From: Bacteroidales bacterium
GTDB lineage: Bacteria; Bacteroidota; Bacteroidia; Bacteroidales; UBA4181
Reading direction: 5' to 3'
Length of the DNA stretch: 64,000 bases
Assembly (NCBI GenBank): GCA_017523725.1
Contig: JAFWVY010000010.1
Coordinates: 7,367 to 71,366, forward strand
Part shown: piece after piece, positions 44,999 through 53,894 of the stretch
How the letters are laid out: each line of letters starts with the position of its first letter
Numbering within the stretch: position 1 is the stretch's first letter
Program-made: the position numbers and the translations under genes
Notes under the pieces: model-generated
Told to the model about the DNA's origin: nothing
Database searches by the model: none
Seen by the model: the letters and a program-made list of their open reading frames with translations, nothing else

Positions 44999-47900
44999 TT
45001 ATCCCACAAATTTTTTCAAACTTATTTGCAAAGAAGTTCCATCCATGTCGGCGACTGCTGCGCCGGGGATGTTTTCAGTCGTTGCAACAAGCGATACAGC
45101 AAGTACTTGCGAGGCGATATAGTCGCGGTGAACGCGGACGGCGTCGCAGACGGCCTCGGACGATGCGATGTCCACCGAGATCTTGTCAGTGACTTCCAGT
45201 CCGGAGTCCTTGCGCAGGTTCTGGATGCGGTTGACCAGTTCACGGGCGATGCCCTCCCGGCGCAGATCGTCGGTCAGGACGATGTCGAGGGCGACGGTCA
45301 GTCCGCCTTCGGTCACCACCTCCCATCCCGGAATATCCTCCGAGGAAATGATGACGTCCTCCCTGGTCAGCGCAATGTCGGTTCCGTCCACGGCAATCGT
45401 CGCAGAACCGGTGCGTTCCAGCCGGGCGATATCGTCCTGCGAGAAAGCCTGGATGGCAGCCGAAATGCCTTTCATCAGTTTGCTGTATTTCGGTCCGAGT
45501 ACCTTGAAATTGGCCTTGATTTTCCGGTCGAGCAATCCGGCAGTATTTTCGATATATTCGATCTTCTTGATATTCACCTCGTTCTTGATGAGGTGGCTGA
45601 CGGCCTCGATCTGGGTCCGGGTGCGCTCTTCCAGAATCGGAATCATGATGCGGCTGAGCGGCTGGCGTACTTTCAGATTGGCCTTGCGGCGCAGCGCCAG
45701 CACCATCGAGGAAATCTGCTGCGCGAGTTCCATCTTCTCTTCGAGATCGCGGTCGATGAGGGAGGCATCGCTCTTCGGGAAACTGGCGAGGTGTACCGAT
45801 TCGAATGTCTCCTTGCCGGTGGCTTCGTTCAGGTCCAGGTAGAGGCGCTCCATGAAGAAGGGCGCGATGGGAGACGCCAGCTTGGCAACGGTGTCCAGGC
45901 AGGTGTAGAGCGTCTGGTATGCGGCCAGTTTGTCTTCGTTCATCGCGCCGCCCCAGAATCGCTTGCGGTTGAGCCGGACATACCAGTTGCTCAGGTCTTC
46001 TGTCACGAACTGCTGAATCAGACGTCCGGCCCGTGTCGGTTCGTAGTCCTCGTAGCTTTCGGCAACCCGGTCGATGAGGGTGTTCAGCAGCGATACGATC
46101 CATCGGTCGATCTCCGGCCGCGCCGCGACCGGGACTTCCGGTTCGCTGAACGTGAAGCCGTCCACATTGGCGTACAGGGCGAAGAAGGAGTAGGTGTTGT
46201 ACAGGGTCCCGAAGAACTTGCGCATCACTTCCTCGATGCCGTCCATGTCGTTTTTCAGGTTGTCCCAGGGCGAGGCGTTGGTAATCATGTACCAGCGCAG
46301 GGCATCGGAACCGTATTTGTCGATGGTTGAGAACGGATCGACGGCGTTGCCCAGGCGTTTGGACATCTTGCTGCCGTTCTTGTCCAGAACCAGACCGTTC
46401 GAGATGACGTTCTTGAAGGCCACGGAATCTTTGACCATGGTCGAAATGGCATGCAGCGTGAAGAACCATCCGCGCGTCTGGTCGACGCCTTCGCTGATGA
46501 AATCGGCCGGGAAGAAACTGCCCGAATCGACAAGTTCCTTGTTCTCGAACGGATAGTGCAGCTGTGCATACGGCATGCTGCCCGAATCGAACCACACGTC
46601 GATGAGGTCGGTCTCCCGGCGCAGGGGCGCTCCGGAATCCGATACGAGCACAATGTCGTCCACATACGGCCGGTGCAGGTCGATGCGGTCGTAGTTCTCC
46701 TTGGTCATGAGACCCGGGACGAACCCTTTCGCCTTGTAGGGATTTTCCTTCATAAGGCCGGCGGCCACCGATTTCTCGATCTCATGGTACAGCTCCTCGA
46801 CGCTGCCGATGCAGATTTCCTCGCGGGTTTCGCGATTCCGCCAGACGGGCAGCGGCGTGCCCCAGTAGCGGCTGCGCGACAGATTCCAGTCGTTCAGGTT
46901 TTCCAGCCACTTCCCGAAACGTCCGGTGCCGGTCGCTTGCGGTTTCCAGCGGATGGTTCCGTTGAGTTCCACCATGCGGTCGCGGCATGCCGTCGAACGG
47001 ATGAACCAGCTGTCCAGCGGATAGTACAGCACAGGCTTGTCGGTACGCCAGCAGTGCGGATAGTTGTGCACATGTTTCTCAATCTTGAAAGCGGAACCTT
47101 CCTGCTTCATCTCCATGCAGATGAAGATGTTCAGGTCTTCGTCCTTCGTCGCTGCGGCCTCGTCGTATTTGCCGCCGACGTTGTATTTCGGTGCGTAGGC
47201 GTTCTTGACGTAGTCGCCGGCGTGGCGGCTGTAGGCTGCCTTGTCGACACAGCGGTCGATGAAGACGGAGTCGCAGTCTTCGAGCAGATAGTACTTTCCC
47301 GTCAGATCCACCATGGGGCGCGTTTCTCCTGCGGTATTCACCATGAAGAGGGCCGGGATGCCGGCATTCTTGGCTACTCTGGCATCATCGGCGCCGAAGG
47401 TCGGCGCAATGTGGACGATGCCCGTGCCGTCCTCCGTAGTGACATAGTCGCCCGGAATGACCCGGAAGGCCAGTTCGGACAGCTCCACGAAGGCGTCCTG
47501 CCCGGAGCGGAACACTTTGTCAGGATGCGTTTCGGCATAGGAGCGGAAAGCGTCGGCCACCGTGTCGGACAGTTTGTCCAGGGGCTTGACCCAGGGCATG
47601 AGCTGTGCATAGTGCATGCCGACCAGGTCGCTGCCTTTGTAACGTGCGGCAATGCGATACGGCACCGTCTTGTCGCCGGGTTTGAAATCATCCATGTCTT
47701 TGGCGGCGCCGTCGGGTTTCAGGTAGGCACCGAGCCGCTCTTCGGCCAGGATGACGGTGATTTTTTCTCCATTGTACGGATTGTAGGTCTGGACGGCCAC
47801 ATAGTCGATGGACGGTCCGATGCAAAGGGCTGTGTTCGACGGCAGCGTCCACGGAGTCGTGGTCCATGCCGCGAAGTACGGCGTACCCCATGCGGTCATA

Positions 47901-48559
47901 TCCGGCCGGGGATCCGTAATCCGGAACAATCCGGTCACGGTGGTGTCCTTGACGTCCCGATAGCAGCCCGGCTGGTTCAGTTCGTGGGTGCTGAGCCCGC
48001 TTCCTGCGGCCGGAGAATAGGGCTGGATGGTGTATCCCTTATAGAGCAAACCTTTGTTGTACAGCTGTTTGATGAGCCACCACAGGGTTTCGATATACCG
48101 GTTGTCGTAGGTGATGTACGGGTCGTTCATGTCAATCCAGTACCCCATCTGCCGGGTCAGGTTCTCCCACTCTTTCGTGAATTTCATCACTTCACGGCGA
48201 CAGGTCCGGTTGTACTCGTCAACCGAAATCTTTTTTCCGATGTCTTCCTTGGTGATACCCAGCGATTTTTCGACACCCAGTTCCACCGGCAGACCGTGGG
48301 TGTCCCATCCGGCCTTGCGGTTGACGCGGAATCCCTGCAGCGTCTTGTAGCGGCAGAAGATGTCCTTGATGGTGCGCGCCATGACATGGTGGATGCCGGG
48401 TATGCCGTTGGCTGAAGGAGGTCCTTCATAGAACACGAAAGAAGGTGCGCCTTCCCGCGTCGCCAGACTTTTCTCGAAAGTGTGCTGCTGCTCCCAGTAT
48501 GCCAGAATCTCCCGGTTGATGCCGGGCAGGTCCAGTTTTTTGTATTCTTTGAAACCCAT
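44999..48559 (-). CDS. ileS: Isoleucine--tRNA ligase (long, type-2 form)
   Basis: FVFYEGPPSANGIPGIHHVMARTIKD (HIGH region) and KMSKRLGN (KMSKS). Start trimmed to ATG 48559 (MGFKEYKKLDLPG...). Confidence 0.97.
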   Translation of the reverse strand: MGFKEYKKLDLPGINREILAYWEQQHTFEKSLATREGAPSFVFYEGPPSANGIPGIHHVMARTIKDIFCRYKTLQGFRVNRKAGWDTHGLPVELGVEKSLGITKEDIGKKISVDEYNRTCRREVMKFTKEWENLTRQMGYWIDMNDPYITYDNRYIETLWWLIKQLYNKGLLYKGYTIQPYSPAAGSGLSTHELNQPGCYRDVKDTTVTGLFRITDPRPDMTAWGTPYFAAWTTTPWTLPSNTALCIGPSIDYVAVQTYNPYNGEKITVILAEERLGAYLKPDGAAKDMDDFKPGDKTVPYRIAARYKGSDLVGMHYAQLMPWVKPLDKLSDTVADAFRSYAETHPDKVFRSGQDAFVELSELAFRVIPGDYVTTEDGTGIVHIAPTFGADDARVAKNAGIPALFMVNTAGETRPMVDLTGKYYLLEDCDSVFIDRCVDKAAYSRHAGDYVKNAYAPKYNVGGKYDEAAATKDEDLNIFICMEMKQEGSAFKIEKHVHNYPHCWRTDKPVLYYPLDSWFIRSTACRDRMVELNGTIRWKPQATGTGRFGKWLENLNDWNLSRSRYWGTPLPVWRNRETREEICIGSVEELYHEIEKSVAAGLMKENPYKAKGFVPGLMTKENYDRIDLHRPYVDDIVLVSDSGAPLRRETDLIDVWFDSGSMPYAQLHYPFENKELVDSGSFFPADFISEGVDQTRGWFFTLHAISTMVKDSVAFKNVISNGLVLDKNGSKMSKRLGNAVDPFSTIDKYGSDALRWYMITNASPWDNLKNDMDGIEEVMRKFFGTLYNTYSFFALYANVDGFTFSEPEVPVAARPEIDRWIVSLLNTLIDRVAESYEDYEPTRAGRLIQQFVTEDLSNWYVRLNRKRFWGGAMNEDKLAAYQTLYTCLDTVAKLASPIAPFFMERLYLDLNEATGKETFESVHLASFPKSDASLIDRDLEEKMELAQQISSMVLALRRKANLKVRQPLSRIMIPILEERTRTQIEAVSHLIKNEVNIKKIEYIENTAGLLDRKIKANFKVLGPKYSKLMKGISAAIQAFSQDDIARLERTGSATIAVDGTDIALTREDVIISSEDIPGWEVVTEGGLTVALDIVLTDDLRREGIARELVNRIQNLRKDSGLEVTDKISVDIASSEAVCDAVRVHRDYIASQVLAVSLVATTENIPGAAVADMDGTSLQISLKKFVG

Positions 48560-48595
48560 CGTTCGTTTACGGCAAAAGTTGTTTTTGAAAAACTG

Positions 48596-48603
48596 CAAAG
48601 ATA
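48596..48603 (-). promoter_or_regulatory. Putative -7 box (TATCTTTG) for ileS-dksA-like-hisS
   Basis: Plus strand gcaaagataac, the same 11-mer as upstream of argS. It ends 36 nt upstream of ATG 48559. Confidence 0.45.
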
Positions 48604-48679
48604 ACGCTTTTGATGGTTTGAGTAAAAAAGAAGGCGGCGGATAATTTTACGTTCCGGCCCGCAGCGGGGCGGTGGGGAC

Positions 48680-48713
48680 AAAAAAAGAGGGCGAAAGAAT
48701 GTCCACCCTCTTC
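48680..48713 (-). terminator. Weak rho-independent terminator after uxaC
   Basis: On the minus strand, AGAGGG(14-nt loop)CCCTCT is followed by T7. Short stem and a large loop. Confidence 0.4.
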
Positions 48714-48750
48714 AAATCCCGCGACAAAGCGCAGGGAACCTTGGCGCCGA

Positions 48751-50157
48751 TCAGAACTGGAAGAAGTTCTTGGCGTTGTTGTAGCTGATGTTCTCGACCA
48801 TCTGACCGATGAAATCGATCTCGGAGGCCGGCAGCAGTCCGTTTTCGACGTCGTTGCCCAGCAGGTTGCAGAGCGTCCGGCGGAAATACTCATGCCGCGG
48901 ATACGACAGGAAACTGCGCGAGTCGGTCAGCATGCCCACGAAGCGGCTGAGCAGGCCGAGCAGCGAAAGCGCGTTCATCTGTTTCTCCATGCCGTCTTTC
49001 TGATCCAGGAACCACCAGCCCGAGCCGAACTGGATCTTGCCGGCGACCGTTCCGTCCTGGAAGTTGCCCAGCATGGTAGCCACCACTTCGTTGTCACACG
49101 GATTCAGGTTGTAGATGATGGTCTTGGTGAGTTTGTCCTGCGAAGCCAGCCGGTTCAGGAATTTCGACATGGCCTTGGCCGTGTTGAAACTGCCGATGGA
49201 GTCGAATCCGGTGTCGGGGCCGAGCAGCTTGAACATGCGGGAGTTGTTGTCGCGGATGGCGCCATAGTGGAACTGCTGCGTCCAGCCTTTGGCATGGTCC
49301 ATCTCGCCGAAGATGACCATCATGGCCGATTTGAATTTCAGCACTTCTTCCCGGCTGAGCGTGGTGCCGCCGTACACTTTGTTGAAGATAGCCTTGATTT
49401 CGGCATCGGTGTAGTCTTCGGCATAGAATTCCTCGATGCCGTGGTCTGACAGCTTGCATCCCATCGAAGCGAAGAAATCCTGACGTTTCCGGAGAGCAAG
49501 GATCATGTCGTCGAACGAGGAAATGTTCACGCCGGACACATCGGAGAGTTTCTCGACGTAGGCGCGGAAATTGGCTGCGTTCTCGACGGCCATGGCCTTG
49601 TCGGGACGCCATGCCGGCAGCATCTTGATTTCAAAGCCGTCGTCCTTGACTTTCTGGTGGTATTCCAGCGAATCGACCGGGTCGTCGGTGGTGCAGACCA
49701 CCTCGACGTTGTAGCGACGCATGATGTTGCGGGCCGTGTAGGCGGGTGTGGCGAGCTTGGCGTTGCATTCGTCGAAGATCTCGCGCGCAGTGGCGGGGCT
49801 GAGCAGTTTCTCGATGCCGAACGCCGTCTTCAGTTCGAGGTGGGTCCAGTGATAGAGCGGATTCCGCATAGTGTACGGAACAGTCTCTGCCCATTTCTCG
49901 AATTTCTCCCAGTCGGTGGTGTCCTTGCCCGTGCAGTATTTCTCGTCGATGCCGTTGGTCCGCATCGCGCGCCATTTGTAATGGTCGCCGCCGAGCCAGA
50001 TTTCGGTGATGGAACGGAACTTGTAGTCATCGGCCACCATCTTCGGAATCAGGTGGCAGTGATAGTCGATGATGGGCATCTTGGCTGCATGCTCGTGAAA
50101 CAGTTTCTGCGCGGTTTCGGTCTGCAGCAGGAAATCTTTCGACATAAAATCTTTCAT
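48751..50157 (-). CDS. uxaC: Glucuronate isomerase (uronate isomerase)
   Basis: MKDFMSKDFLLQTETAQKLFHEHAAKMPIIDYHCHL...GGDHYKWRAMR. Confidence 0.95.
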   Translation of the reverse strand: MKDFMSKDFLLQTETAQKLFHEHAAKMPIIDYHCHLIPKMVADDYKFRSITEIWLGGDHYKWRAMRTNGIDEKYCTGKDTTDWEKFEKWAETVPYTMRNPLYHWTHLELKTAFGIEKLLSPATAREIFDECNAKLATPAYTARNIMRRYNVEVVCTTDDPVDSLEYHQKVKDDGFEIKMLPAWRPDKAMAVENAANFRAYVEKLSDVSGVNISSFDDMILALRKRQDFFASMGCKLSDHGIEEFYAEDYTDAEIKAIFNKVYGGTTLSREEVLKFKSAMMVIFGEMDHAKGWTQQFHYGAIRDNNSRMFKLLGPDTGFDSIGSFNTAKAMSKFLNRLASQDKLTKTIIYNLNPCDNEVVATMLGNFQDGTVAGKIQFGSGWWFLDQKDGMEKQMNALSLLGLLSRFVGMLTDSRSFLSYPRHEYFRRTLCNLLGNDVENGLLPASEIDFIGQMVENISYNNAKNFFQF

Positions 50158-50180
50158 GGTATATTTTTTTTTGAGGATTA

Positions 50181-50218
50181 AACGAAAAAATGCCGGCCGG
50201 AACGGGTCCGGCCGGCAT
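50181..50218 (-). terminator. Strong rho-independent terminator after the uxaE-like gene
   Basis: Perfect 12-bp stem ATGCCGGCCGGA/TCCGGCCGGCAT with a 5-nt loop, followed on the minus strand by TTTTTCGTT. Confidence 0.75.
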
Positions 50219-50229
50219 GGGAGAACATA

Positions 50230-51477
50230 CTACTGGAACAGACGCATGATGTGGCGGTCGTACATGTTTTCAATCACCTGCTGGCCTACGATGGCTTTGT
50301 TGCGCTTGAGGGCGTCGGTGTATTCCTTTCCATATTCGGCGGCCACCTTGTAACCCACGTGGATCAGCTGGCGGAAACTCGGATTGTAATTCGGATTGCT
50401 TTCGACGTGACGCAGTGTCTCGGCGAACTTCACGCCGTCCCATTTCTCGATTTCCTTCGGTGCCGGCAGTTTGGAGGCATCGATGTCGATGACGGTGGCA
50501 TACGGGGCGCAGAGTTCTTCCTGACGGCCGTAGGCGTTGGCGTAAATTCCCTTGGCCAGGTCCAGTGCGGCCTCGTCGGCCAGTGCCAGTCCGATGACTT
50601 CCTCAAGCCAGGTCGTACCGGCGGTTTTGAGGTGGATGCCGCTGTCGTGTTTTTTGATGAGGCTGCCCATGATGGGATAGATCGAGAATTTGTCACTGCC
50701 CGAGTGGATGCTCAGCTTCAGGTTGTCCGGAAGACCGAATTCCTTGATGGCGAACTTGATGACGAGCAGGTCTTCTTCGAATTCCTTGGTGAACTGGGCG
50801 ATGTCGCCGACATAGTCCACGCCCTTGTTGAAACGTCCCGTGAATTTGGGGGCGATGGTCTGGGCCGGGACATTGTTGGCGGCGAGTGCGCTCAGGATGA
50901 AGAACATTTCGATGGGGGTCTGCGGGTCGTTCACTTCGTCCATCGAAACCTCGGGGACGAAATTGTCGGCCCCCTTGACGGCAGCAATATGGCTGTAGAT
51001 CCGGCCGGCTTCCTCGGCAGCCCACAGGAACTTGTTGGCGGCTGCGACAATCACGTCTTTTGTGACGTTGAACGGTTTTTCGATGCCCGGAATGACCAGC
51101 GAGCCCATATATTTCTCATTCCTCTTGATGAAGGCGTCCACCGAGGCGGCCGAAGCCTGTTTGCCGATGAAGTCTGCCAGGTCGATGGTGAAGAAATCCG
51201 ACGAACTCATGAATTTGTCGACGTTCGACATGTTGATGTGGTCGGCATCCACGAAATAGGCGCCCGTGTAGCCGCAGGCCTTGACCGCCGCGTCGGCTTC
51301 GATGCGGGTGTCTTCGGGGACGGAGTTGACAATGGTGTGCTCACGGTTGGACTTGTTCCATACGGGAATGATTTCCAGATTCAGTTCCTTGCGTGCTTTC
51401 ATCAAAGCCTGTAACTGGGCTTCTCCTTGATGGGCGAAACGGTCGCCGATGCCGAATGAGTATTTTCCGATTTTCAT
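50230..51477 (-). CDS. uxaE: Tagaturonate/fructuronate epimerase (UxaE-family) candidate
   Basis: MKIGKYSFGIGDRFAHQGEAQLQALMKA...VWNKSNREH...YFVDADHI matches my recollection of the UxaE family. Adjacent to uxaC. Confidence 0.6.
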   Translation of the reverse strand: MKIGKYSFGIGDRFAHQGEAQLQALMKARKELNLEIIPVWNKSNREHTIVNSVPEDTRIEADAAVKACGYTGAYFVDADHINMSNVDKFMSSSDFFTIDLADFIGKQASAASVDAFIKRNEKYMGSLVIPGIEKPFNVTKDVIVAAANKFLWAAEEAGRIYSHIAAVKGADNFVPEVSMDEVNDPQTPIEMFFILSALAANNVPAQTIAPKFTGRFNKGVDYVGDIAQFTKEFEEDLLVIKFAIKEFGLPDNLKLSIHSGSDKFSIYPIMGSLIKKHDSGIHLKTAGTTWLEEVIGLALADEAALDLAKGIYANAYGRQEELCAPYATVIDIDASKLPAPKEIEKWDGVKFAETLRHVESNPNYNPSFRQLIHVGYKVAAEYGKEYTDALKRNKAIVGQQVIENMYDRHIMRLFQ

Positions 51478-51563
51478 GATTAATATGGATTAAGTTGTAA
51501 AAATGTATGCTGTAACCGTGCGAAAATACAAAAAAATAGTGGTCTTGCTACCCTTTCTTTTGT

Positions 51564-51571
51564 TACATTTG
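51564..51571 (+). promoter_or_regulatory. Putative -7 box (TACATTTG) for the SDR gene
   Basis: Exact TAnnTTTG ending 71 nt upstream of ATG 51643, in the divergent AT-rich intergenic region. Confidence 0.4.
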
Positions 51572-51581
51572 CAAAAAAAAT

Positions 51582-51596
51582 GATGCCGTCGGCATC
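51582..51596. promoter_or_regulatory. Perfect 7-1-7 inverted repeat GATGCCG-T-CGGCATC (operator-like) just downstream of the -7 box
   Basis: Read directly from the sequence. It sits between the putative promoter and the SDR start codon. Confidence 0.3.
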
Positions 51597-51642
51597 TTGA
51601 ATGTGGCATTTCATCATTTCTAACATTAAAATACACCGCATC

Positions 51643-52491
51643 ATGACAACATCATTCGACGACTTGAAAGGTAAAGTATGTGTCTTTACCGGAGGCTACG
51701 GCGTACTTGGCAGTGCTCTGGCGCGCGGCCTGGCCGCAGTGGGCATCAAAACCGCCATCCTCGGCCCGAACGGCACCGCTGCCGCGGCGCTTGCGGCCGA
51801 ACTTCAGAAGGAATACGGCGTCAAATGTCTCGGCATTTCGTCCAGCGTGCTCGACAAGGATTCGCTGCTCGCCGCCAAGGAAACCATAAACAAGGAACTG
51901 GGCAAGATCGACATTCTCATCAACGGTGCCGGCGGCAACTCTCCGCTCGCGACCTGCGGCGTGGAGCAGATGGACGCTTCGTCGCTCGAGCACCTCGACC
52001 AGACTTTCTATGGTCTTGGCATGGAGGGATTCCAGAAAGTGTATGACTTGAATTTCAAGGGTATGCTGCTTTCTACGATGGTCTTCACGCAGGATATGCT
52101 CGAAATCGGCAAGGGCAATGTGCTGAACATTTCCTCGATGAATTCCTACCGTCCGCTCACCAAGATTCCCGCTTATTCGGCAGCGAAGGCGTCGCTGAAC
52201 AATTTCACGCAGTGGTATGCGGTGCACGTCGCCAAGGTGGGCATCCGGGTCAATGCCATTGCGCCGGGTTTCTTCCTGACCAAGCAGAACCGCTTCCTGC
52301 TCACCGACGAGCAGACCGGCGCGCTGAAACCGCGCGGCAACAAGATCATCGCCAATACGCCGATGGGCAAGTTCGGCGAACCGGACGACCTGATCGGGAC
52401 CATGCTGTTCCTGCTGAGCGACATGTCGTCGTTCGTCACCGGTGTCTGCATTCCGGTGGACGGCGGTTACAGCGCATTCGGCGGCGTATAG
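51643..52491 (+). CDS. SDR-family oxidoreductase, UxuB-type (D-mannonate/fructuronate oxidoreductase-like)
   Basis: TGGYGVLGSALA (TGxxxGxG), NGAG, and catalytic YSAAK. Sits in the hexuronate neighbourhood. Start trimmed to ATG 51643. Confidence 0.75.
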   Translation: MTTSFDDLKGKVCVFTGGYGVLGSALARGLAAVGIKTAILGPNGTAAAALAAELQKEYGVKCLGISSSVLDKDSLLAAKETINKELGKIDILINGAGGNSPLATCGVEQMDASSLEHLDQTFYGLGMEGFQKVYDLNFKGMLLSTMVFTQDMLEIGKGNVLNISSMNSYRPLTKIPAYSAAKASLNNFTQWYAVHVAKVGIRVNAIAPGFFLTKQNRFLLTDEQTGALKPRGNKIIANTPMGKFGEPDDLIGTMLFLLSDMSSFVTGVCIPVDGGYSAFGGV

Positions 52492-52511
52492 GCGCATCCC
52501 GTGCAGCATAG

Positions 52512-52547
52512 AGGGCGGCCGGAACCGTTCGGCCGCCCTTCTTTTTT
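52512..52547 (+). terminator. Strong rho-independent terminator after the SDR gene
   Basis: 10-bp perfect stem AGGGCGGCCG/CGGCCGCCCT, 8-nt loop, then TTCTTTTTT. Confidence 0.8.
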
Positions 52548-52597
52548 ATCCGGCACAGACCGCCGGGCAGAGACCAAACCAGACAAAACTTTCCAAG

Positions 52598-53878
52598 ATG
52601 TTATATTTCAGCAGAGGTTCGAAAGACGACCGTATCACTCCCGACGAAGTGCGTCGGATCCTGAAGGAAACCTTCGACAAGATGGGCCCGCGGAAACGCG
52701 TGCTGGCCATCCCGCCCGATTTTACCCGGTTCAACTCGTATGCAGGGCAGATTACCGAAATGGTCAACGATTATTTCGGCGACCGGCTGACCGATGTGAT
52801 GCCGGCGCTCGGTACGCATGCGCCGATGACGCCGGAGCAGGTCAAAACCATGTTCGGCCGTGTGCCGGCCGGGAAATTCCGTGTGCACGACTGGCGCAAT
52901 GACGTGGTGACGGTCGGTGAGGTGCCGTCAGAGTATGTGCACAAGGTGTCGGAAGGCCGGCTCGACTATGTGTGGCCGGCACAGGTCAACAAACTGCTGC
53001 TCGACCCGTCGTTCGACTTGATTCTGTCCATCGGGCAGGTGGTGCCGCACGAGGTCATCGGCATGGCCAACTACACCAAGAACCTGTTTGTCGGCGTGGG
53101 TGGTTCGGAAGGCATCAACAAAAGCCATTTCATCGGGGCGACCTATGGCATGGAACGCATCATGGGCCGGGCTTCGTCGCCGGTGCGCGATGTGATGGAG
53201 TATGCCCGTCAGCATTTTATCAAGGACCTGCCAATTGTCTTCATCCTGACGGTGATGGCCAAGAATCCCGCAACGGATGCCATGGACGTCAAGGGCCTTT
53301 TCATCGGAGACGACTTCGAATGTTTCCAGAAGGCGGCCGACTTGTCGCTCGAGACGAATTTCATCATGGTGGAGAAGGAAATCAAGAAGTGTGTCGTCTA
53401 TCTCGATCCGGAGGAATTCAAGAGCACGTGGTTGGGCAACAAGGCGGTTTACCGTACCCGCATGGCGCTGGCCGACAATGCCGAACTGATTGTCCTTGCA
53501 CCGGCGCTCAAGGAATTCGGCGAGGACAAGACCATCGATGGTCTCATCCGCAAATACGGCTACAAAGGGACGCCCCACACGCTGAAGTGTACGGCTGAGA
53601 ACAAAGACCTCCAGGACAACCTGGGCGCATCGGCCCATCTTATCCATGGCTCGTCCGAGGGGCGGTTCACCATCACTTATTGCCCCGGTCCGCTGGTGAC
53701 GCGGGAGGAAATCGAGGGCGTCGGTTTCAAGTATGGCGACCTGGCGGAAATGACGAAGCGCTATCCACCCGAAAGCCTGAAGGATGGCTGGAACACCATG
53801 CCCGACGGAGAGGAGATTTACTATATCTCGAATCCGGCGCTAGGCTTGTGGGCTTATCCGGACCGCTTCAAGGACTGA
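52598..53878 (+). CDS. LarA-like (lactate racemase N-terminal domain / DUF2088) protein; candidate nickel-pincer-dependent 2-hydroxyacid racemase/epimerase
   Basis: 426 aa. PALGTHAPMTPEQV and SIGQVVPHEVIGMANYTKNLFVGVGGSEGINKSHFIGA resemble the LarA His/Lys cofactor-binding segments. Start trimmed to ATG 52598. Confidence 0.7.
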   Translation: MLYFSRGSKDDRITPDEVRRILKETFDKMGPRKRVLAIPPDFTRFNSYAGQITEMVNDYFGDRLTDVMPALGTHAPMTPEQVKTMFGRVPAGKFRVHDWRNDVVTVGEVPSEYVHKVSEGRLDYVWPAQVNKLLLDPSFDLILSIGQVVPHEVIGMANYTKNLFVGVGGSEGINKSHFIGATYGMERIMGRASSPVRDVMEYARQHFIKDLPIVFILTVMAKNPATDAMDVKGLFIGDDFECFQKAADLSLETNFIMVEKEIKKCVVYLDPEEFKSTWLGNKAVYRTRMALADNAELIVLAPALKEFGEDKTIDGLIRKYGYKGTPHTLKCTAENKDLQDNLGASAHLIHGSSEGRFTITYCPGPLVTREEIEGVGFKYGDLAEMTKRYPPESLKDGWNTMPDGEEIYYISNPALGLWAYPDRFKD

Positions 53879-53894
53879 AGGCGAACGTGGCGTC

